This document shows positions 46,519 through 58,184 of a stretch of 64,000 bases of DNA, in pieces. The translations under genes were made by a program, and so were the position numbers. A model generated the notes under the pieces. The model saw only the letters and a list, made by a program, of their open reading frames with translations, was not told the DNA's origin and did not search any database. Numbering within the stretch: position 1 is the first letter of the stretch; each line of letters starts with the position of its first letter. Origin of the DNA: an uncultured bacterium (GTDB taxonomy: Bacteria; Verrucomicrobiota; Verrucomicrobiia; Limisphaerales; UBA8199); NCBI GenBank assembly GCA_963749495.1, contig CAVVMW010000030.1:64001-128000 (forward strand), read 5' to 3'.

Positions 46519-49500
46519 TTAGCGGTTGGCCAGAAGCTTCCACACCCGGAGCGCCTCGGTGGCGCCCCAGGCCTGGGCGTCGCAGCCGCGTTGGGTGTGG
46601 GGGGCGTCGCCGTCGAGGACCTCGGGGATGTGGCCCAGGCACCCCTCGGCCATGAGCCGTTCGAGGCTGCCGAGATAGGCGCGGGCGGCGGCCACAGCCG
46701 GCGAGGAAAAGTCCCAGGCGCGGGCCAGGGCCTCGCAGAAGACCGGGAAGGTCCAGGTCCAGGCGGTGCCGTTGTGATAGGCAGGCTTCCGCCCGGTATC
46801 TTCGTCGCCTTCGTAACGGGCCCAGTAGGGTTCGGCGGGGTTATTGAGGAGGCGTCCGTCCTTGCCATAGATGGGCAGCGGGACGGTGACCGGGAGGGGC
46901 GCCAGTGAGCGCAGGCCGCCGGGCACCACCAGGTACCGCCGGGCGGCCTCGACGCAACGTTGGGCTCGCGCGCCCCCGGCCAACCCCAGGCTCGCCAGGA
47001 ACAGGCAGTTGCTGCGCAAAGCGTCGTCCACCACAGCGTCCGCGGCGGATTGGCCGGGCCTGGCGGCGAGCAGGTCCGCATAATAGCCGCGTTCTTCGAG
47101 CCAATAGAATCTCTCCGCCGCGTCGAGGGCCCGCTCGGCCAGTGCTTTCCAGCCCTCGCCCCAGGCGCGGCCGCCCAGCCGGTCCAGTTGGCGGAGCAGG
47201 CGAATCCAGAGGGCCTGGATCTCGACCGGGTAACCTTCGCGCGGCGTGCCGGCGGGGTAATTGGTATCCATCCAGGTGAAGTGTTTTGGGCTCCAGATAA
47301 GGCCGGAAGCCGGGTCCATGCGAATGCCGTTGGGCGTGCCCTTGGCATAATGGAGTGCGATGTCCCAGAGGACCTCCGCGATGGTTGTGTCGCCGGGACC
47401 GGCCTTGATTTGATAGAAATCGCTGCCGGCCAGTTCGGCAATTTCCTCGCACACGACACCGAACCAGAGCGGTGCGTCCGAGGTGTCGCGGTTCGAGGCA
47501 TCATCGCCGAAGATGGTGTTCGGCAGCGTGCCGTCCTTTTCGAAGCGGGCGAAGGTGAGGGTGATTTGGCGGACCTCATCCACCATGCCGGCGGCCAGCA
47601 GCCCGCGGGCGCAGATAAAGGTGTCGCGCCCCCAATCCAAAAACCAGGGGTAGCCGGCGATGATGGTCTTGCCCTGGCCGCGCCGGACGACAAAGTCGCG
47701 GGCGGCGCGGAGCAATTGCTGGCCAAAGGCATCGTCGGTGGGAAACGGCGCCTGGGCCAGGGGTGTGCGGACGCGGAACCTCGAACTCTCCAGCTCGTCC
47801 TGGTCCGGGTCGGCCGGCTCGGCCGTCACCACGAGCGTGGCCTTGCCGCCTTTGGGCAAGGGGAGATCGAACCAGCCCGGGCTGAAGGCGTCGCCGCTGC
47901 CGGTCTGGCCCCGGCTCTGCTCGAGCGGGTGGGGGATGTTCTGGCTCCACTCCGGCTCGGGGTGATAGGCGCCCGCATCGGCGAAGACGCGCAACTGGCG
48001 ATCGGCGGCCGGTGTGAAGGCAAAGCCCGTCTTGGCGCGGGGGGCCGCGGGCGCGCCGGCCGGTTCATCAAAAACGGGATCGAGGTGTGAGCTCAAGTGG
48101 TCTTCAGCGCTGCCGTTGCGCCGAGTCTCCCAGTGAAAGTTGCGGTCCTCGATGTCGAGCCGCACGGTCAAGCGGACCTCGGCTTGGGCCGGGAGTTGCT
48201 TTCCGGTGGCTTGGGCGGCCGTGGGGCGGCTGAAGTGGAAGACGGTGGTGTTGCGTTCCTGCAGCATATCGGCGGTCATCTGGATTTCCACCGTGCGTCC
48301 GTCGCCGGCGTTGGCGATGAATTGCCAGACGGCGGGCGGACCCGGCTGGAAAGCGGCCAGGCTCCTGAAATCCAGCGGCGAGATGAAGCCGTCGGCATTG
48401 ACCCAGACGCGGATGCGCTTGGCCAGGACGTGGCGGTCCACCGGCAGGCTCGGGTGCAGGTTGGCGCCCAGGACGCAGTCGTACTTTGAATTGACGCGGC
48501 CCAGGTCCAGGCACAGGCGCGCCATGCCGCCGCGGCCGTTGGTGAGCAGGACGAGGTCAGTCGGACGAAGCGGCCGGGGGGCCTCCCGCGTGCTCTGGGT
48601 GGACGGGCGGCGGGCGCGGGTCACCGGGTCCAGTTCGCAAACCCGAAGGCCCAGGGCCGAAGCGTCCGGGGCGGACGCCAGGAAACGGACGGCGCCCTCG
48701 ATGTGCTGCTCGCTCCCCGCGCCAGTGTAGCGTTCGATGAGCAAGGTGGCGTCGGCTGCGTCCTGGCGCGGGGCCAGGCAGGCGATATGGCCATCGCGGA
48801 CCGGGATGGATTCGACATTGCGCGGGGGAGCGTCGTCATGGCAGTCCAGCGCGGCGCGAAATGGCACGGCATCGCGCAGGAGCAGCCAATGAGCGGGCGG
48901 CGCCAGTGTGATGCGGCGGAGGTCCGCTGGCTGCCAGGTCACCACGCGCGGATAGAAGGTCTGTTCGGGCGCAGCGGCGCCCGCAGAGGCGCATTCGGAG
49001 ACTGGCCCAACCGCCGGGAGCCGGACCGGAGTGCGCCCGTCCCCGGGCGCAACGACGTCCGGATCCAGGGCAGCGGTCAAACACTCCAGCGCGCTTGCCC
49101 GCTCCGTCGGTGCTGCGCCCGGGGACGGGCGCACTCCGTGGGCAGCGCCGGAGATCGCCTGCGCAATTTCCTCGGCCTGTGCTCCAATGCCGGCCAGGTG
49201 CGAGACGAGTGCCAGAAATCGCTCCGGCGAGCGATCCACGGCCGCGGCCAAGGTGCGCCAATCCAGTTCGCCGACGGTCTCCAGCGGCAGGACCTGGTTC
49301 AGGGCGCTCAACCCAAATGCCGCTCGGGCCCGGGCCTGGCGATAGTCGTTGCCGTGCAGGCCACGCGGCAGGGGGGTGGGGGCCAGGCAAAAGGCGGCGC
49401 CTGGCGGCAGCGTCAGGACGAGCGCGCCCTGGCCGCCCGGTTTGATTTGCGGCGCGGCCTGGCCGAGGAGATCCAGCCACTGGGGCAAGGGCAGGCAGGG

Positions 49501-51182
49501 GGTAGGTCTGGCCGGTCTGGCCGGTTCGACTGGTTCGGCAGCTTGCCCAGGCACCGGGTGCGTGAGGGCCGCCTGGGCCAGGGCCAGGCCATGGGCGTGG
49601 TCTGGATCGGTATTGACCAGCACGAGCACGCGGTCTTCGGCTTCGGCCGATTGCCGGAGCAAGGCATAGATGGGCGAATCGGTCGCGCTAAGCCGGGTCT
49701 GGCTTGCCCCATCGAAGAAGCAGGGGTGCTCGGCCAGGAGCGAGTTGAGCCTGGCCAGTTCGGGCACCAGGTTCACTGGGTTGTCCCAGGCCATGCCGGA
49801 GCAGCCGTGGACGCGAATCTTTTCGGCGGCCAGCCATTCCACGCCGCAGGTGAACCCGAAGCCGCCGTTCACGCTGGCCAGGGCGCACAGCCGGTTGCGG
49901 AGCAACGACCAGGCGCGGCCCTTGGCGGCGAGCCGCTCGTTATCGTGCGTCTCGCTGTAGTGGACCAGCAGGCCCACGCGCCGGCTCTGGCGGAAGCTGT
50001 GGTCGAGGTAGCCCGCCACCTGCTGGCCGGAGTAGTTTTGGAACAACTCCGAGTAGGCCCACTGCATGCCCGGCCTCGGTCAGCAGCGACTCGGTCGCTT
50101 CCCAGGTCCCTCCCAATCCCTCGAGGCAGGAAGAGGGTCTCCGGGTACTCCTGCTGGACGCGGGCGATAATGTACTGCCATGCGGCAACCGGCACCTTGT
50201 AGCCGGCGTCGCAACGAAACCCGTCCACGCCGCGCCGGCACCAGGTCAACAGCATCTCCGCCAGCAGGTCCCATAGGGCGACGTTGTCGTGTTTGAGTTC
50301 GACCAGGTCCTCCCAGGTTACCCCCCAGGCGCCCGGGCTGGCAAACCGCCCGTCGGGCTGGCGCAGGAACCACTCGGGATGGTTCTCCTGCAGGACCGAA
50401 CCCCAGCCGGTGTGGTTAATGACGATGTCCAGGAGGACGCGTCCGCCGCGAAGATGGACGGCATAGGTGAGCTCGCGGAACTGGTCGATGCCGGTTGTGC
50501 GCCGGTCAAAGACCACCAGGGCTGGATCGATGGCCGTGAGGTCCAGCGCGGCATAGGGACTGCCGAACCGGCCAAAGCGGGCGGAGGTGGCGGGGGTCGG
50601 ATTGACCGGCAACAGGTGCAGGATGCGGCAGCCCAGCGTCCCCATAATGTGCGGCAGGCATGCGATGAGATCGCGCAGCTTGCCCGAGGGCGGGATGACC
50701 GTGAAACCGCCCTGATCCAGGACGGCAAGGCGGCGCTCGAGCTCGGGGCCGGCGGTGCTGAGGGCGGCGCGGGTGCTGCCGAACATCCTCGGGAAGGCGC
50801 AGTAGATCGTATTGCCGGCGCGATACCTGTCCGGGTGTACCGCAATGCTCACATCCGGCCCCGGCGGCCAGTGTTGCCAGCCACGGGCATCGACCAGGTA
50901 GCCCTTGGCCTTGAAACAGCCCGCCTCCGCCAGCGGCACCTCAAGGAACCAGCCCCCATCCTGTTCTCTCATCGGAATGTCGCGCCAGGAAGCCTCGGCC
51001 AGCGGCAGGCCCCGCGTGTGGGCCTGGACGATTTCACGGCGCAGCATCTCCGCGCGCCCCAGGTTGGTCCGCAGCAGCGCGCGCCAGCCCCCCTTCACTC
51101 CCCGGCCGTCGCCTGCCTTGAGGACGAACCCGACACGGTCGCCGACGAACCGCTGCAGCCGGTCGCCGGGCGCGGGCGTCAT
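46519..51182 (-). CDS. GH13 alpha-amylase domain fused to amylo-alpha-1,6-glucosidase (glycogen debranching enzyme); two single-base frameshifts near 50070 and 50125
   Basis: FGSPYA, DIVINHTGW, DGFRCDAG, FL/EGLGG, YSETHDN; LLTNGRGG, TIIAGYPWFLDWGRDTFI, TWMDT, YHNGTAW, GCDAQAWG. Confidence 0.9.
49027..49138. repeat. 27-bp inverted REP pair inside the debranching-enzyme linker
   Basis: CGGAGTGCGCCCGTCCCCGGGCGCAAC ... GCTGCGCCCGGGGACGGGCGCACTCCG (1 mismatch). Confidence 0.85.
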
Positions 51183-51306
51183 GATTGGAACCAGCGGTTG
51201 CGCTTTCCAAAATCCAAAGGCCATCTCAATGCTCTCGCTGCACCTAGCATCGGCAACTCCCGCCCGGAATGCAACCCACAGTGCAAAAATGAGACAGGCG
51301 TGTCTC

Positions 51307-51417
51307 AAAGGCTAAAGGCTAAAGGCTAAAGGCTAAAGGACAGAAGCGGAGAGAATGCTCAGGCCCTCGGTTTATGTAATTCAGCCTTTAGCCCTCAGCC
51401 TTTAGCCTTCAGCCTTT
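51307..51417. repeat. inverted heptamer arrays (AAAGGCT)n / (AGCCTTT)n
   Basis: Four-plus AAAGGCT units, then TCAGCCTTTAGCCCTCAGCCTTTAGCCTTCAGCCTTT. Confidence 0.85.
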
Positions 51418-51507
51418 TCCGGGCTTGGCCAGGATATTGCTGCCTCCGAGGCGTTGCGGGTGTTATTGCGCGGGAGCCGGGAGCTGCGAGCCCGCCACCA
51501 CCGCCTT

Positions 51508-52443
51508 ATGCCTTTGACCATGGAACACGGTTTGGAAGTCGAAGAGGTCTCCAGGGAGCAAATCCGGGCCTCCGTGCCGGGCGGCATTGGCCCGGGGGGC
51601 AAATCCGCCTCGAGCGAAGAGGCCCAGTTGGCGCAAACGATTGTGATGTTCGAGGTCATCACGCAATCGCAACCGCTGGACTATCAGTCGCTGGAGATCC
51701 TCAAGGAGGCCTATTCGAAGCTGGGCCGCGAGCAAGAGGTCATCCGGACCTCCAAACGCATCGCCGAGGCCTACGTCCAGATGGGCCAGTTGTCCTCGGC
51801 CATCCTCGAGTACGAGGGCATCCTCCAGCGGTATCCCGACGACCCGGACGTGCTGGCCGCCTTGAAGCAGATCGAAAGCAAGGCCAGCACCTTTCCGCTT
51901 GCCCCCCCGGCAGCGGAGCCGGCGGCGCCGGCCAAGGCCCTGTCCCTCCCAGCGGCCCCGCCCAAAACCCCCGGCAAGACCCAGCCCGCCGAACTCGACG
52001 ACGGGCGCCGCGCCCTCTATCGCATCTTCGTCGAAAGCAAGACCATCACCGCCGGCGACTTCGACCTGTGCTGGTCCACTTCGGACCTCTCGGTCCCGCC
52101 AGGCCGCGTCATTGAACCCTTCATCCAGGTCTTGTCCAACAAGGGGATTCTGCCCCTGGAAAAGTCCCTCAAGCTCCTCTCGGACAAATCCCGGGCGGCC
52201 TACCTGCCGCTGGAGTGCTATGACGTGGACATGGACCTGGCGCGGAGCTTTCCCATGGCGGCCTGCCAGCGGTGGTGCATCCTGCCGTTCGATCGGATGA
52301 GCCAATCGGTGTTGGTCGCCACGGCCAACCCGTTCAACCACCAGGCCGCCAAGGACCTGGCCGCGGCCACCACCAGCCGCCTGCTTTGGTACCTGGCCTC
52401 GCCAGCCGAGTTGCTCAAACACCTGCACAAGGCCTTCCGGTAA
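51508..52443 (+). CDS. TPR-like plus GspE/PilB N-terminal-domain protein
   Basis: FEVITQSQPLDYQSLEILKEAYSKLG..SSAILEYE; YDVDMDLARSF..CILPFDRM..VATANPFN; start uncertain. Confidence 0.75.
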   Translation: MPLTMEHGLEVEEVSREQIRASVPGGIGPGGKSASSEEAQLAQTIVMFEVITQSQPLDYQSLEILKEAYSKLGREQEVIRTSKRIAEAYVQMGQLSSAILEYEGILQRYPDDPDVLAALKQIESKASTFPLAPPAAEPAAPAKALSLPAAPPKTPGKTQPAELDDGRRALYRIFVESKTITAGDFDLCWSTSDLSVPPGRVIEPFIQVLSNKGILPLEKSLKLLSDKSRAAYLPLECYDVDMDLARSFPMAACQRWCILPFDRMSQSVLVATANPFNHQAAKDLAAATTSRLLWYLASPAELLKHLHKAFR

Positions 52444-52446
52444 GCC

Positions 52447-54186
52447 ATGCCGCAGATGAAGACATTTGGCGAGCGGATTGCCGACGCGCTGGTCGAAGAC
52501 GGACTGCTCAGCGCCCAGCAGGTCGAGGAGTTGCTCGCGCAGCAGAGGAAAGAGGGCACCCGCCTCCTCAAGCTCATCCTCGACAAGGCCTGCGTCAGCG
52601 AGCAGGACATGGCCGTCTCGATGGGCCGGGTGCTCAACACCCCGCCCGTCAACCTCGCCCGCGCCGGCATTCAAAAGGAGGTCGCCGACCTCCTCCCCCG
52701 CGAGTTGTGCCACAACCACAAGGTCGTGCCCGTCTCGCGCCTCCAGAACAAGCTCTTCCTGGCCATGGCCGACCCGCTCAACGTGCTGGCCCTGGACGAC
52801 GTGCGCCGCATCACCCGGCTGGAGGTCTCCCCGCTCATCGCTTCCGAAAGGGCCATCCTCGACAGGCTCAACAACCTCGATGCCTCCCGCGGCGGCACCA
52901 TGGAGGACATCATCAAAGACGCCAACAAGAGCGCCGAGGCCGAGGGCGATTCCGAGGACGTCGAGATCTCCGCAGAGAAGGCCGAGGAGGTCAACCTCGA
53001 CCAGTTGGCCGCCTCGAGCGAAGAGGCCCCGGTCATCAAGCTGGCCAACATCATCCTGGTCCAGGCGGTTAAAGACCACGCCAGCGACGTCCACATCGAG
53101 CCCTTCGAAAAGGCCGTGCGTCTGCGCTATCGCATCAATGGCGTGCTCATGGACGCCACGCCGCCCCCCAAGCAGATGCAACTGGCCCTGGCCTCGCGCT
53201 TCAAGATCATGAGCAGCCTGGACATCGCCGAGCGCCGCCTCCCCCAGGACGGCCGCATGCGCATCCGCGTCGGCGGCAAGGACTACGACCTGCGCGTCTC
53301 CATCATGCCCACCGTCCACGGCGAGAAAATCGTCCTGCGCCTGCTCGACAAGACAAACCTCGCCGCCAGCGTCGATAAGCTCGGCCTGGATGCCGGCACC
53401 TTCGAGCAGATCAAGAACGCCATCGACGCCCCCCACGGCCTCATCCTGGTCACCGGCCCAACCGGCTCCGGCAAGACCACCACCCTCTATTCCGCCCTCA
53501 ACGAACTCAATAGCCCCGCCTTCAACATCGTTACCGTCGAGGACCCCGTCGAGTTCCAGATCCCGGGCATCAACCAAATGCCGGTCAAGAAAGAGATCGG
53601 CCTGACCTTCGCCAATGCCTTGCGTTCCATCCTGCGCCAGGACCCCGATATCATCATGATCGGCGAGATCCGCGATACCGAGACGGCCGAAATCGCCGTC
53701 GAGGCCGCCCTGACCGGCCACCAGGTCCTGAGCACGATGCACTGCAACGATGCCCCGGGCGCCATTACACGCCTGGACGAGATGGGCATCGCCCCGTTCC
53801 TGATCGCCTCCTCGGTCATCCTTACCTGCGCCCAACGCCTCATGCGCCGCATCTGCTCCCACTGCAAAGAGCCGGTCACCTACCCCGCCAAGATGTACCA
53901 CGACCTGAGCATCGATCCCAGTCTCTTCGACGGCGTTACTCTCTTCTCGGGGCGGGGCTGTGACCGGTGCAAAGGCGCCGGTTACTCCGGCCGGCTTGCC
54001 ATCATCGAGGCCATGACCATGACGGACGACATCCGCAAGCTCGTCATCGACCGCGCCAACTCCCGCGAGCTCAGCCGCGTCGCCATCGGCCAGGGCATGC
54101 GCACCCTCCGCATGGTCGCCCTGGAGCGCGCCCGTGAGGGCATCTCGACCCTCGAACAGGTCCTGCTCTTGACCTCGGCTCATTAA
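52447..54186 (+). CDS. pilB: type IV pilus / T2SS assembly ATPase (PilB/GspE)
   Basis: ASDVHIEP, LDIAERRLPQDGR, VTGPTGSGKTTTLY, TVEDPVE, LRQDPDIIMIGEIRD, CxxC..CxxC. Confidence 0.93.
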   Translation: MPQMKTFGERIADALVEDGLLSAQQVEELLAQQRKEGTRLLKLILDKACVSEQDMAVSMGRVLNTPPVNLARAGIQKEVADLLPRELCHNHKVVPVSRLQNKLFLAMADPLNVLALDDVRRITRLEVSPLIASERAILDRLNNLDASRGGTMEDIIKDANKSAEAEGDSEDVEISAEKAEEVNLDQLAASSEEAPVIKLANIILVQAVKDHASDVHIEPFEKAVRLRYRINGVLMDATPPPKQMQLALASRFKIMSSLDIAERRLPQDGRMRIRVGGKDYDLRVSIMPTVHGEKIVLRLLDKTNLAASVDKLGLDAGTFEQIKNAIDAPHGLILVTGPTGSGKTTTLYSALNELNSPAFNIVTVEDPVEFQIPGINQMPVKKEIGLTFANALRSILRQDPDIIMIGEIRDTETAEIAVEAALTGHQVLSTMHCNDAPGAITRLDEMGIAPFLIASSVILTCAQRLMRRICSHCKEPVTYPAKMYHDLSIDPSLFDGVTLFSGRGCDRCKGAGYSGRLAIIEAMTMTDDIRKLVIDRANSRELSRVAIGQGMRTLRMVALERAREGISTLEQVLLLTSAH

Positions 54187-54319
54187 GGGAGGGGTTATCC
54201 AGCTTATCTTCCAGGCACGGCCAACCCCGGCACACGGCTTGGCGTTGGGGACGCGCCAGACCGGTCTGACGGCCTGAACCAATCTTGACTGTCCTGTGTT
54301 TTCGTGTTTTCGTGTCCTT

Positions 54320-54547
54320 GTGAAGAATCTAACGGTGACGATTGATGAAGAGACCTATCGACTTGCGCGCATAGCGGCGGCTGAGCAAGGGGTATCGGTC
54401 AGCGGGTTAGTGCGTCGCCTCTTGGCTGGGCTCCGTCCAGGAGAGAACCGGGCTGGGGCGGTCCAACGTGCCTTTAGGGCGATGGATGCTGTCAAGAAGT
54501 TTTCCGCAGGCAACCGCATGAGCCGCGAGGAGTTGCATGAGCGCTGA
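54320..54547 (+). CDS. ribbon-helix-helix antitoxin
   Basis: KNLTVTIDEETYRLARIAAAEQGVSVSGLVR..MSREELHER; upstream TTGACT and GTGTTTTC direct repeats. Confidence 0.8.
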   Translation: MKNLTVTIDEETYRLARIAAAEQGVSVSGLVRRLLAGLRPGENRAGAVQRAFRAMDAVKKFSAGNRMSREELHER

Positions 54548-54957
54548 TGCCTTGCTCGACAGCAACGTCCTGCTCTATGCCGTTTCGAACAATCCGTCCG
54601 AGTGGAAAAAGCGAGAGCGGGCGCGTGCGCTGCTAGCTTCGCCCGGCATCGGCTTCTCCACCCAGGTGTTCTCGGAGTTCTACGACAACGCGACTCGGAA
54701 GCGATCACCGCGGCTCACGCATCGGGAAGCGGTGGGCATTCTTCGAGCCATTGGGTTTGCTGCCCGTGCAGCCGATCACCAGCGATGTCTTTTGGCATGC
54801 CATTCAGCTCGCTGAGCGCTTCCAGCTCCGCTTCTGGGACAGTGCAATCCTGGCTGCCGCTCGCGCCCTCGGTTGCCGCACAGTTTGGAGCGAAGACCTC
54901 AATGACGGGCAGCAATACGACGGTGTCCGGGTTCAGGATCCATTCAAAACCGCTTAG
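54537..54957 (+). pseudogene. PIN-domain (VapC) toxin, frameshift near 54744
   Basis: LLDSNVLLYA..STQVFSEF / FWDSAILAAARALGCRTVWSEDLNDGQ..VQDPF. Confidence 0.85.
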
Positions 54958-54964
54958 CCGGCTC

Positions 54965-56179
54965 ATGCTCACACTGCCGGAAGCGCTGGCGCGGATTTTG
55001 GCGGAGGTCCCTCCGCCGGTGGCCGAGGAGATCGCCCTGGGCGAGGCAGCAGGCCGGGTCGTGGCACAGCGGGTGGAGTCGGGGCTGGACCTGCCCCGCT
55101 TTGACAATTCCGCGATGGATGGTTATGCGGTGCGCGCCCAGGACGTGGCCGCGGCCAGAACCGGAGCGCCGGCGCGCCTGCGCGTGAGCGGCCGGATTGC
55201 GGCCGGAGAGGGCGCGGTGTGCCCGGTGGTTGCCGGGGCCTGTGTGCGGCTGTTCACCGGCTCGCCGCTGCCGCCGGGGGCGGATGCCGTGGTCATGCAG
55301 GAGGAGACGCGGCCCGCGCCCGAAGGGCCCGGGGCAGTGCTGGTCCTCGGACCGGTGAGCCCCGGCGAGAACGTCCGGCGGCGCGGTGAGGACATCGCCT
55401 GCGGCGCGACGCTGGCCCGGGCGGGTGACCGGCTCACGCCAGGCCGTCTCAGCCTCCTGGCCGCCGCGGGCTGCGCTCGAGTTCGGGTCGGACGCCGCCC
55501 GCTGGTCGGCGTGCTGGCGACGGGGTCCGAATTGAGAGAGCCTGGGCAGCCGCTGGCCGCCGGGGAGATCTACGAGAGCAATCGCATCGCCCTGGCCGCG
55601 ATGATTCAGGGCGCCGGGGCGATTCCCAAGGTCCTTCCGCTGGCGGCGGACACGCCGGCGGCGACGGTCCAGGCGCTCGAACAGGCCTTCGCTCAATGCG
55701 ATGCCGTGGTTAGCTCGGGAGGCGCCTCGGTAGGGGAGATGGACTTCATCAAGGGGGCGCTGGCGCAGGCCGGGTGCAGCCTCCAGTTCTGGCAGGTGGC
55801 GATCAAGCCGGGCCGGCCCTTTGTCTTCGGCCGGCGGCGCGAGAAGCTTCTCTTTGGCCTTCCCGGCAACCCGGTGTCGGCCCTGGTCACCTTCCGGTTG
55901 CTGGTGCGGCCAGCCCTGCTCCGCTGGCAAGGCGCAGAGCAAGTCGCCTTGCCCACCCGCAACGGCGTGCTGGCCGAGCCTCTGGCCAATGACGGCAGCC
56001 GCCCGCATTTCATGCGAGTCCGGCTCGATGCCCAGGGCAACGTCTATTCTGCCGGGCTGCAGGCCTCGCACGTGCTGAGCGCCCTTGCGGCCGCCAACGG
56101 CCTCGTCGAGGTCCCGCCACAAACGACGCTGCCTGCCTCAACCCCGGTCGCGGTCCTGAGCCTGGAGGGGGGCGATTAG
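54965..56179 (+). CDS. moeA: molybdopterin molybdotransferase
   Basis: PRFDNSAMDGYA, FTGSPLPPGADAVVMQE, ATGSEL, SSGGASVG, IKPGRP, FGLPGNPVS. Confidence 0.95.
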   Translation: MLTLPEALARILAEVPPPVAEEIALGEAAGRVVAQRVESGLDLPRFDNSAMDGYAVRAQDVAAARTGAPARLRVSGRIAAGEGAVCPVVAGACVRLFTGSPLPPGADAVVMQEETRPAPEGPGAVLVLGPVSPGENVRRRGEDIACGATLARAGDRLTPGRLSLLAAAGCARVRVGRRPLVGVLATGSELREPGQPLAAGEIYESNRIALAAMIQGAGAIPKVLPLAADTPAATVQALEQAFAQCDAVVSSGGASVGEMDFIKGALAQAGCSLQFWQVAIKPGRPFVFGRRREKLLFGLPGNPVSALVTFRLLVRPALLRWQGAEQVALPTRNGVLAEPLANDGSRPHFMRVRLDAQGNVYSAGLQASHVLSALAAANGLVEVPPQTTLPASTPVAVLSLEGGD

Positions 56180-56187
56180 CCTCGGTC

Positions 56188-57393
56188 TCACGGCTTGACC
56201 ACCTTCACCCGGAACAACGCGGGGGCGGGGCAGTTGGCGATGGAGAAGGTGTTGGTTGTGAGCACGGGCGAGAGGGCGGCAAAGGCCGGCGGCCAGAGCG
56301 AGGGGCTCATCTCGACAACAAACCCCTGGGCGGGCCGGGTGGTGCCCTGGACCTGGTCGTAGAGGATGGCCGCCGGGCCGTCCCATTGCAGGGTGAGGCT
56401 GGAAGAGGCCGCCGAGTATTGCCACTGCCTGATTCGAGGCAGAGGGTGATAGCGAATGACCCCGCGCACGGGCATGTTGGCCTGCCAGTTCTGGGGGCCC
56501 CAAACACTCAGCTTGTCGCCCTCGGCCCAACTGGTGCGGTAGCGCACGTAGGAGACGCCGGCGTTCACATAGTAGCCGTAGGCCAGCATGCTGTGGATTT
56601 CCGGGTTGACGTTGGGCACAAGCCCCACGGTTGAGCTTGTCTGATTGTAACTCTGCAAGAAGAGCAATACGGGGTAGCCGGCGTCGATCTCGGCCTGCAT
56701 GTCCGCGAAGGTGAATCCTTTGCCGGAGGGTGTGTGCGGATTGAAGACCGTCAATTGCGAGATGACGGTGCAATCATAACCCCGGAATCGGGTCCAGGCC
56801 CGCAGCCCGGATTGCACGTCGCGGGGCGGCAGGCCGGCCGCGCCGCTGGGCACAAAGTTGGTCCGCGGCTCGCCGCTGGCATCCCAATAATTAAAGCAGA
56901 AGCCGTCAATGTTGCCGTTGCACTCGTTGGCCATGTTGGTCCATTTCAACTGGCTGGCGCCGATGAAATCCGCCAGGCAATCCGGGGCGTGCTCGGCGCG
57001 GTGTGCGGTCACGTAAGGGTCGGGAGCGGCGCTGTCGTAACCGACATAGTAATCGTCCACGTGTCCCGGCTGGTTCGCCGGGCGTCCGTCCACACCCGCT
57101 CGCGAGGCCCACATCGAGACAATGCCATAATGGCTGGTCCCGGGTGGGTCGGACGGGTTCCCATTGTTGTCCAGCGGGGCCACGCCGCCATTGGCCGGGC
57201 CGGTATAAAAATCAGGGAAGCCGTGCCGGTCCCAGAAGCCCATCAGGTTGCCCGAGGCAGTCGGCATGCAGCCAAAGTACCAGGCATAGTCCGGGACCTC
57301 GGTCAGATAGACCGAGGCATCGGCAGCGCCGGCCGGGGCCGCCCCGAGGGTAGCCGCCGCTCCGAGCATTACCCATTTCATTAGCAATTTCAT
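56188..57393 (-). CDS. secreted papain-like (C39/C10-like) cysteine peptidase candidate
   Basis: Signal peptide; YAWYFGCMPTASG (Cys), AEIDAGYPVL, HSMLAYGY (His), TSW; C-terminal beta domain ending LFRVK. Confidence 0.65.
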   Translation of the reverse strand: MKLLMKWVMLGAAATLGAAPAGAADASVYLTEVPDYAWYFGCMPTASGNLMGFWDRHGFPDFYTGPANGGVAPLDNNGNPSDPPGTSHYGIVSMWASRAGVDGRPANQPGHVDDYYVGYDSAAPDPYVTAHRAEHAPDCLADFIGASQLKWTNMANECNGNIDGFCFNYWDASGEPRTNFVPSGAAGLPPRDVQSGLRAWTRFRGYDCTVISQLTVFNPHTPSGKGFTFADMQAEIDAGYPVLLFLQSYNQTSSTVGLVPNVNPEIHSMLAYGYYVNAGVSYVRYRTSWAEGDKLSVWGPQNWQANMPVRGVIRYHPLPRIRQWQYSAASSSLTLQWDGPAAILYDQVQGTTRPAQGFVVEMSPSLWPPAFAALSPVLTTNTFSIANCPAPALFRVKVVKP

Positions 57394-57405
57394 GGTCCTC
57401 CTTTG

Positions 57406-58134
57406 TTAGGGCGGGAAATAGCCCGGCACGGTGTCCTGGCCGTAAAGGGCCTGGATGCCGAGGTTCTCCAGCCGGATTCGGCCGCAGGCCTCCACGTGGC
57501 CGTCCAGGAAGAAGCCGTTGGCGTGGAGGTCGTGGCGGGCGTGTACCTCGTATTGGTGGTCGGCATCGAAGAAATAGTATTGGCGGGCGCCGGCGCCGCC
57601 CCTGCCCCGGCTGGTGGTGTCGGCCAGGTGGAGGTATTCGGTTGGCTGCCGCACCTGGGTGGTGTCCAGGATCTCGCCAAAGTCCCCCAGCGCATATTCC
57701 GCGGGCGGGTCCTGGCGCACGCCATAGAGGTAGAACCAGTTGGTGAACCGTTGCGGAGGATAGGAGGGACAGACAAACACATCCAGGGCCTTGAGCGGCT
57801 GGTTGGTGTTCAGAATGCTGGCCCAGGTCGAGTCCGGGTCCAGCGGTGCATCAATTTGAATTCGCCCTTTGAATTCATCGAGGTAGAGGGCGATGGCAAC
57901 TCCCAACTGCTTCAAATTGCCGGAGCATTGGGCGCGCCGCGCCCGGCCTTTGGCCCGGGCCAGCGCCGGCAACAGCAGGCTGGCCAGGATGGCTATGATG
58001 GCAATCACCACCAGCAGTTCGATCAGCGTAAACGCCCTGAGACGCTCCCGCCCCGCGCTGCGGCCGCTCCCTGCTGCCGGACTGCCCCGCAAACCCCGCT
58101 CTGCAACGGACTGTTTCAAGAAAGACTTTGACAC
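57406..58134 (-). CDS. prepilin-type N-terminal cleavage/methylation protein with an H-X9-DG motif
   Basis: [56 protein letters not shown]. Confidence 0.93.
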   Translation of the reverse strand: MSKSFLKQSVAERGLRGSPAAGSGRSAGRERLRAFTLIELLVVIAIIAILASLLLPALARAKGRARRAQCSGNLKQLGVAIALYLDEFKGRIQIDAPLDPDSTWASILNTNQPLKALDVFVCPSYPPQRFTNWFYLYGVRQDPPAEYALGDFGEILDTTQVRQPTEYLHLADTTSRGRGGAGARQYYFFDADHQYEVHARHDLHANGFFLDGHVEACGRIRLENLGIQALYGQDTVPGYFPP

Positions 58135-58184
58135 AGTATAGTAAAATGAAATCCAATATAAGTCGATGATTATCTGTAGGTAGT

